From assembly GCA_964016885.1 (NCBI GenBank), contig OZ024742.1, positions 116,374,001 to 116,438,000 of the forward strand: a stretch of DNA of 64,000 nt, read 5' to 3'. How positions within the stretch are numbered: position 1 is the stretch's first letter; every line of letters starts with the position of its first letter. This document shows, in pieces, positions 55,616 through 64,000 of this stretch. The notes under the pieces are model-generated. The model was not told the origin of the DNA. It was given only the letters and a program-made list of their open reading frames with translations, and did not search any database. Origin of the DNA: Eledone cirrhosa (lineage: Eukaryota). The position numbers were made by a program, and so were the translations under genes.

Positions 55616-56800
55616 ATTATTGTCCCCTACATGTCGGCCCTGGTGGCTAATAAATGAAATCATTATTATTAGTATTATTATTATTCTTTGTTATTTTATT
55701 TCAACCTCTGTTTTTTTACACGCAGAAATGCCCATTTGTACCGTCCTGTATTGTCCTGTACTGTCCTTAATGTCTACTTTATGTGAACCCTTGTGGTTAA
55801 TAAAGAAAACATTATTATTATAATTATTACTATTATTATTATTATTATTAATATTATTATTTCTTTAGTCTCTCTTCTTTATAATATAATTCTATACGTT
55901 GTAAATTTTTACTTTCAATTTACGATATTTAAATACCTAATTCTTATTTTCTTTTTTTCTTTTTCTTCTAATTATAGGTAAGCCATTTGTTATATTAGTA
56001 GAAACGATTTCGGATATATCTACAACTACTACATTTACATCAAAGACATTTTCTACAGGTAAATTAAAGATTTCATTGGTTTCAATGCAAACAACTCTTC
56101 GATGTATGTTTATTCAGGTATCGATCATCAATCTAAACCAAATAAAACCACAGATAGAATTCATTCTACAAATAAATAGCATATCTAAATAGTGTCTTCC
56201 ATACTATCATTGAAATGCATCAGAGCTCTTCTTTCTCCTCTTTCATCCTCTTTATCCACTCTTTTCTCGTTCTGCCTCTCTGTCTGTTCGTCTGTCTATC
56301 TATCCATCTACCCACCAAACTCACCTTTTCACAATATTTCACAAACTGTTCTTTCTTCATTATCTTTCTCCGTTTACTTTTCTCGATTCCATCTCAGTCT
56401 TCCTACTGTTGTTCCGTCTCACACTCACCTTCGTTATCTTCTCCCTTCTTTAAGTTTCCTATATTTTCCATCTGCCTCTCCCTTTTCATCTCTCAGTCAC
56501 ATCCTCGCCTATATACACAGTCTCTCATTCCTTTTTCTTTTCGAATCAAACCTATATTCATTTAATTATATTGCACTATGTTAGTCATATTATCCCTTTA
56601 AATCACATAAGCGCTTAATCTGTTGCAATATTCAACCTCATAGACACTTACGTCGTCGTTACATCGAGATACAATTAAATCCAATATCGGTGATCAAGAC
56701 TAGTTCTTCCGGCCCTATACTTTGAAATATTCTCTAAGTATCTATATATTTTAATGGAATTTATTCCCGAATATATAAATATATACACATATATATATAT

Positions 56801-56980
56801 AACGAAGATGGAACCAGATGGACCATAACGCACCAAAGTACTCAATACTTAGGGTAGTAGAGTGGGTAATAGGAACGAGTAGGACCCCGACGGTTGAGCT
56901 CAAGCCGTTTCGACGGCTAATTATGGTCCAGAATTAGCCGTCGAAACGGCTTGAGCTCAGCCGTCGGGGTCCTACTCGTT

Positions 56981-56985
<5 letters not shown>
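56801..56985. mobile_element. Copy of the 39355 family with a 117-bp near-perfect palindrome (56869-56985)
   Basis: ATAGGAACGAGTAGGACCCCGACGG...CCGTCGGGGTCCTACTCGTTCCTAT. Confidence 0.85.
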
Positions 56986-57018
<33 letters not shown>

Positions 57019-57021
<3 letters not shown>

Positions 57022-57413
57022 GAGGGTAATCCAAAAAGTAAGGTCTCCAAAGCGATGGGGACGCAGAGAAACTGTTCTTACGGCTATTGGCAACACTGCT
57101 GTGACGGGTGCTTCCTTCACTCCCAAACGAGCATGCACGCGCTTCGCTGGGATGCTCAATCCTGGCTTGCAGTCTTTGAGAATGGAGCTCGCGTTGAACG
57201 CTACCACCAAATGCGAATTTTGCGCAGTTATTATATAGAGGGCAATCCCAAAGTAATGTCTCCTTCCGAGGAAAATATGCGTAAAGATCGGTGGATCATT
57301 CTGGATGCTCTCCGCATTTTGGTTCCTGAGGTTTCCCGAATCACCATCCACAGGAATTTAACGGAAAAGTTGCAATATCGGATGGAGGCCTTACTTTTGG
57401 GATTGCCCTCGTA
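57019..57413 (+). mobile_element. Non-autonomous mariner derivative with ~30-bp TIRs, TA flanks and an extra internal TIR
   Basis: CACGAGGGTAATCCAAAAAGTAAGGTCTCC ... GGAGGCCTTACTTTTGGGATTGCCCTCGTA; transposase-like relics CEFCAVI and EENMRKDRW...VPEVSRITIHRNLTEKLQYR. Confidence 0.8.
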
Positions 57414-57522
57414 TATAGGTTGATAAATAGATATACATACAGATAGACAGACAGACAAACAGATATATAAATACATATATGATAGATACATAGAGAGATA
57501 TACAGACACACAGATATAATGG

Positions 57523-57580
<58 letters not shown>

Positions 57581-59562
57581 TGTTTCTTTATTAGCCACAG
57601 GGGCACAAAAGAAGGAGACAATTACAAAGGGGGAAGTTTACATACAATAAAAGCGTGTAAAATGTTATCACAAATGCAATTTAAAAAGTTAGTCGATTTT
57701 CCACAATAGAGGGAGACAGTTTATATGGGTAACACATACCCCCGAAAAAATGTGCAACCCTCATCTCCAGGAGTACGAAGAGTTTGTACTCCTTTCCTCT
57801 CCTCCTCCTTTTCCTCAACCTACAGGCTGATATAGAGAGAAGGCCCATTCACTCGGGACATTCTCGCCACTTTCACCCACCTTTCATAAAACTTGCTCGG
57901 GTACAGCACCTCTCTCTCCATCCTGATTCTTCTTCCAAAGTGGTATTTGAAAAAAAGATCAGTTGTTGGCCGGGGATAAAGGTGTCTGACCTCAGCCCTT
58001 TCAACCTTGTCCACCATACAACCTCTTTCGCCATAGCTATCACACAAAGGAAAACCGCCTCTCCTTCGTTTTTGAATGAATGTGGCGGTTTGATCATGAC
58101 AATGGACTCGGTGGTCAACCGGATTGGTCCCACCCGCGACAATAGTCGTTCTACATAGCCCCACAGGTCAGTGACGCCCGGGCAGTGTATGAATGCGTGC
58201 GCGACAGTTTCTTCGTCTCGCACGCACCTCGGACAGATCTTTTTTGCAGGGTCCCTGCCCGGGCGCCCATGTCTGTAGAGCTTGTCTCGAACTAGTAGAG
58301 CTCCTCGGTAGCACTGCCAGGCCAGGGACATTTGGAAGTTGTCCATTGGTCCCGGGAGGAAGGTCCTACCAAACAGACTGGCCAGTTCATCTTCCTCTAT
58401 GCCTAGAGTTTCACCGAGCGCGTCATCGCACTTGCTGCGGATCAACCCTCTATAGAATGGCGAAGTGGAGACTCCACTGATAGCCGGGACCGCCTGCCAG
58501 AGGGCTGTGAGCGCCTGAGCACATTCGATGTGCCAGTCGCCCATTTTCCTCGGTCTTTGCTTGACCCAGGACTGCAGCTCGGTCAGCGAGACGAGTCGTG
58601 GGAAGGCTCGTCTCACGAACGGGGCCCACACCGGTTGTCCGGTGAGGAATACGTAGAGATGCCGCAGCCTGAGCGCGTGTTTGCGCATCGTCAACCACGG
58701 CATCCCCAGCCCTCCGTTAGAAGGGTGTTGGCAGCAGATGGATCTTCTCACCAAAGGAGCCCGCCTCTTCCAAAGGAATTGGAAGAGCGCGCGCTCCATT
58801 TTGGCGAGCGTTTTGGCTGGACAGGGCACGACGGTCAAGCGGTAGTAGATGGCGGACGCTATAAAAGTGTTCGCCACCTCGGCTCGACCTTTCAAAGATA
58901 GTTTGCACTCGGCCCACTTCTGGGTGAGTGCAAACACCTTGGCCGTCACCTTGTTCCAGTTCTTCTCCACCTGGAGGTCCGGACCAAACCGGACCCCGAG
59001 CAGCTTTACCGGTCCTTCCGTCCAGCGTCCGACAACGCCATCGTAAGGCATCAGTTTGCCTCTCCACGATCCGAGTTGCAAACTGATGGACTTGTCCCGG
59101 CTCAGCTTCGCTCCTGTGAAACTTTCGTATTCCTTCAATAAGGTGCCGACTTCCTCGATTTGTGAGGCGCTCGACAACATTACTGTCACGTCGTCGGCGT
59201 CGGCCGACGCCGCTTTCTGCAGTCCCGGTTCCAGAGGGATGCCCTTCAATAGCTCCAATTTCCGCAGTAGTGGCTCGAGAGTCAGTACGTACAGAAGGGA
59301 GGAGAGAGGGCATCCCTTTCGAATGGATCGCGTAATATGGAACGGCTCCGAGAGGTAGCCGTTCACCTTGACCCCTGAGCAGATGTTGCTGTTGTACATT
59401 GCAGCAATCCAGCCCCTGAACACGGGTCCAAAGTCTGCCGCCTCGATCACCGCATCCAGGTAACGATGGTCAACCCTATCGAAAGCCTTAGACTGATCCA
59501 AGTTGATCAGGGCCCCACCGAAGCCGGGTTTACACCCTACCCTCTCTATGATGTATCGCATG
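57581..59562 (-). mobile_element. 5'-truncated Tx1/L1-like LINE (RT C-terminal part, Zn region, 3'UTR with AATAAA), flanked on both sides by (GATA)n
   Basis: LDQSKAFDRVDH, IRKGCPLS, DADD, CPRCVRDEETVAHAFIHC. Confidence 0.92.
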
Positions 59563-59633
<71 letters not shown>

Positions 59634-61143
59634 ACGACAGACAGACAGACAGACAGACAGACAAATAGATAATAGACAGACAGGCAGACATATAGATAAA
59701 TAAATAGATAGATAATCGAAAGGTAGATCGATAGATAAATAGATAGAATTCCCCAATCATAGTGTCCGGATAGGAAGACATTGCCCATGATTTTATTATA
59801 AACACTAGAATATATAATGGCCAATAACAAGTATAAGGTTACATTAGTGTAGTTCAAATTTTACTGTCCAATATTCTGACATCTATATTAAGTAAAACGT
59901 ATGAGTAACTTATGCACCAGTATCAAAATAAATGTGTTTTCTGCTTTTCGTTTTGTTATGGCTTGTACAGAGGTTGAAAGATAGCGTCTATTATACCATC
60001 CATGGCTTCTGAGACTGGTGGAAAAAATCCCGTCATTCTCAGGGCAAACATGCTCCAAATACTTGTAACATTATGGATTTTACTGCAGTTACATAAGGTC
60101 TGCGCCATAGTTTTAAACGAAACGCGGGTATTGAATATACTACACATAAACATATCCCACCAGCTGACTTCTGAACAGTTTTTTCTTTAAATTTCATATA
60201 CAATATTTTGGTCGACTCATGACTATTGTAGCAAATACATCCTCGGGCTGATACGCAGTTAAATCGAAGCCGAAATCACATGGATTCAAACCGGACATTT
60301 TGACCACTAAACCATGCCTGCGTTCTACAAACAAGCGTTTTATGATGTGCCCCGAGGAAGACAAGAAATACTATAATTGTACATAGAAATATTGGAATAA
60401 AATAATTTATTTTCATACAAACCAACATGTTTAGATTTATCTGTCAATTTTACATACAAATGAAAACTATTACTGAATAATTGAACTGTTTGCTTGCAAT
60501 ATCAATGTGTCTTGATTTATAATCAGCATAATTGTTGTTAAAACATGACCATAATCCTCATTTGATTCCATTACAGAATGCATGTACATTTATCTTGCAT
60601 TGTTAACTGGCTTTATTATGGTTTAATTTATGCTCACATAAATGACTTCAATACGGATAGTGTCCTGTTGGATTAAGATTTAGCAAATGGATTGAAAATT
60701 CGGCAACTCGACATTATATAATCTCCTTAGAAATTAATACCACCTTAACAAATAGAAAGAAACATTCAAGATATTCATAATGATTTTAGCAATAATATGG
60801 AAATTAGTCGTCAGCTTAATCGAGAATATTATGGGAATTGTCTCTATGATGCCTGATTTCGCAATTAAAGTGACTTTTGCAGCTGGTGTGAATTTTAATT
60901 TATAGCCAACTTTTACTCGTAGTCAAATTTCTGTTATTGATTTGTTTTATGTTTAGATTTTCCTTTTTCAATTTATTGAATAAAATAGGAGTGTGTGTCT
61001 CAACAGTTTACTTCAGATACAAAATATTTAAACTATTAGTTAGGGTTAGTTGTAAAGTCGAAACCGATAATTACACATACACACACATACATACACACGC
61101 ATACATACACATGCATACACACACACACACGTACATACATACT

Positions 61144-61189
<46 letters not shown>

Positions 61190-64000
61190 CATAATATATA
61201 CATATATATATATATATATATACATACATAATATATACATATATATATATATATATATACATACATATACATATATATTATAAACCTGATTGAAAGATAC
61301 TTTATAATGCATGGTTTAACTTGCAGTAAACATATATTTAAAAACTAAGAACGTTTGGTTTTGAAACAAAATCAATAATATCAATAAACTCTGAAGAATA
61401 CCCACAGAGTATGATGATTGATCACATTTTGAAAACAAAAACGTATGAAAACTGATCAAAACGATCGGGATAAAGTTCGTTGAGCCGATGAGAGCTTATA
61501 GCATTTGTTCGTATTGACTTTCTAACTTCTATCTCCGACCTTTTGGAAAGACATTACTTTTAAACTACTATTTGTTATCGTCTACAGATTAAAATACTTA
61601 AGAAATGTACTTTATTTTCTACTTGATTTCTATAGAAAATGTTATTTGGTGCATCTAATAGTAAACATTATTGATTGGTGGGGCAACATTTCATAGATTC
61701 CCTTTAAGAGTTAAGATTATTCAATTGTACTACTTTAAAAACAGACACTACAGGAAATCAATTTGATACTCGAGATACAAACTTCACTGCACACAATAAC
61801 TAATGGGTTAACGTTGATTTGTGTGAAGTACTCATTAAAAATATCAGTCAAACTTGTTTGCTTAATGAAACCTTAATAGGAAAAGAACTGCGGAAAATCA
61901 TTTTAAATGGAATGTAAGTTTGGAAGATATCAAACGACGGAACTACGAGGAAGTATTATGTAATAAAGTAAATTTGAATTAAAAGAACCATTAGTTGATA
62001 TTGTCCAAACTAATGATATTTAATCATCCAACTAGTAACTGTTGAAAACATTGGTTTAATGGTGTCGGGAGGAAGACTACTGCGAATGTAACTGTTATAA
62101 AAAGCAGAAAGGTCGTTATACCAATTCGATTTGATACCATACAGCATATAAATCACAGAGTACCACCTTAAACAAGTAAATACAGAAAATATAGGGAAAT
62201 CTATTTCTAGATAAACTTTAGCAGAAGTAAAATACAAGTAAGTTACAGCTGGGATGTGTGTATGTGTGTGTCAATCTCATTGTATGCAACAAATATAAGC
62301 CGGTACTTCCATTTTTTGCGCCTTTGCACAAATGATAATTTAACCATTCGGTAAATATAGATGGATAACATAATCACTAACTCGTGATATATACTGGAGT
62401 CCGTATAAATATAATGTGAGACACCATGCAGCTGCAGTCGGAAAAGTTTAATATCTCTGTTAAGTTTTAAAATAATGGGTTTATTAATGTAGTAGCTCAA
62501 GACAATTACATATATTATTACTGACATTACTATTTGGTTTTCAGTTTGAGCATTTCCTTGAGTGTTTCACTCATACGGTCTTCCTAGAAGCGATTAGCCT
62601 TATTTGCAATGCTGGAATGAAGATGGAATAACGGATTCAGAATGTGGCATCTATATAGAAAAGGGAATGCACAGCAATTATTACGGGTATTTTCTTTATC
62701 CACCCAATAAGAATGAAAAGTAAAATTGTCCGCAGTGGAATTTTTAACGCAGAGAGTCAGATGCAATATTATAACACATCCTATCCAACGTTCTCACCAC
62801 TGCAAATCAGCACCATTCAGCATGTATAAAACAGATTTATAGATGTTATATAAAGGTGGGTGTATGGAGCAATGTTTTAATGTTTTACCTCACAGTACTG
62901 AGTTCAAATGTTAGATGAATTATATCACGTTGAATCGGCATTATACGTGACTTTAATGTATAAGGTTTTATGATTAGTGAAATAAAATCAATACGTATTA
63001 TTGATTTTAGTGTTTGTCTGCAGCAAATGAGAAAAAGAAACCAGAAGTTCAAAGAACTTTTCTGAAGATATGCTACAGAAGACATTAATCTGCCACGGAA
63101 CCACTACCTGATCCACGACATGCTGGACATAGCTTCCTAGATATTACTGTGTCACTGGAAGAAGAAGTGCATGTTAGCTGCTGGAATGCATTTGATCATA
63201 GATCTGCTAAGTCGAAGCTGATCTGGAATTAAACTACAGCACTAATAACAACAATAGCTGCCGTCTGAATTTTCTTTTATTTATTCATAGAAAGTGAGCC
63301 AATGTGGATGATGAGCTTCATCAATAATTTCAGAATAAAATGTTATTTTGCTGTTTCTAGTCAAGGTTGTTAATGTCGAATAGAAATTGTGGTGGTCAAT
63401 TAATACTAGTGTGTAATATCGGTATAAAATTTTATTTACTATTTAGTTAGAGAATGACGAGCAGAATCTACGACTCTTTTCCGGACCTTCCAGGCTGGTA
63501 TGAGTAAATAAATATACGAGGATCTTCAACAGAGTGGTCCTGACTAAAAACATTCAAGATTCATGCTTTGATGTTAAAAAGGCTACAGTGTAATATGCCA
63601 TCCTAACGAATGCTAAGAAGTAATATATTAGAATTATTTATTAGAAATATTTTGTTTCGATTGCAAAATTATTTCTTACAACCGGGTTAGCCCTAGTCGA
63701 GTACACCTATGATCAAAGGCGTTCCAGCTATGATCATCCTGTCTTATTTTCACTATATAATGTTTCTGGGACACCCTTATTAAATGCGTACTTCGTTTTC
63801 AATGACAGTGTAGTTTGAAAATGTTTTAGCTGCTTTTTTTCTAGTAGGTTGAGTGATTATGTAGGAACTCCTAATCTCTTCGTTAGCTCAAGTAATTTTG
63901 CAATGTACTCAGTTTAATAGATTTTATAATCAAAACGTTTTTCTATATATACTTTCTATGTTCATGTATAAGAATATAAGTAAGATAACGTAATTCTATT

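Noticed and set aside
62010-62527. Non-repetitive short minus-strand ORFs
   Set aside because: No recognisable domain or consistent splice and frame structure

Overview
AT-rich, microsatellite-dense animal DNA, most likely intronic or intergenic; the repeat content suggests a cephalopod such as Octopus (inference only). No intact host gene is supported, and most listed ORFs are (TA)n/(CA)n/(GATA)n artefacts. Recognisable mobile elements are: a Penelope-like element (PLE) remnant with a GIY-YIG endonuclease inside ~1.35-kb inverted arms (6187-10039), a 5'-truncated CR1/L2-like LINE, three Tx1/L1-like LINE copies abutting (GATA)n, R4/Dong-like fragments, a mariner derivative and several tRNA-derived SINEs with TSDs. 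The main unannotated signal is 12 type I hammerhead ribozyme motifs with an intact CUGANGA/GAAA/UH core in five sequence families, plus degenerate copies. Most have the tiny palindromic helix III typical of PLE/retrozyme hammerheads. They sit in non-coding foldback elements and in ~430-470 bp tandem, retrozyme-like units inserted into (TA)n tracts. Two of the tandem families also share an octamer (ATGCAAAT) upstream of the ribozyme. All ribozyme calls come from manual base-pairing; activity is untested.
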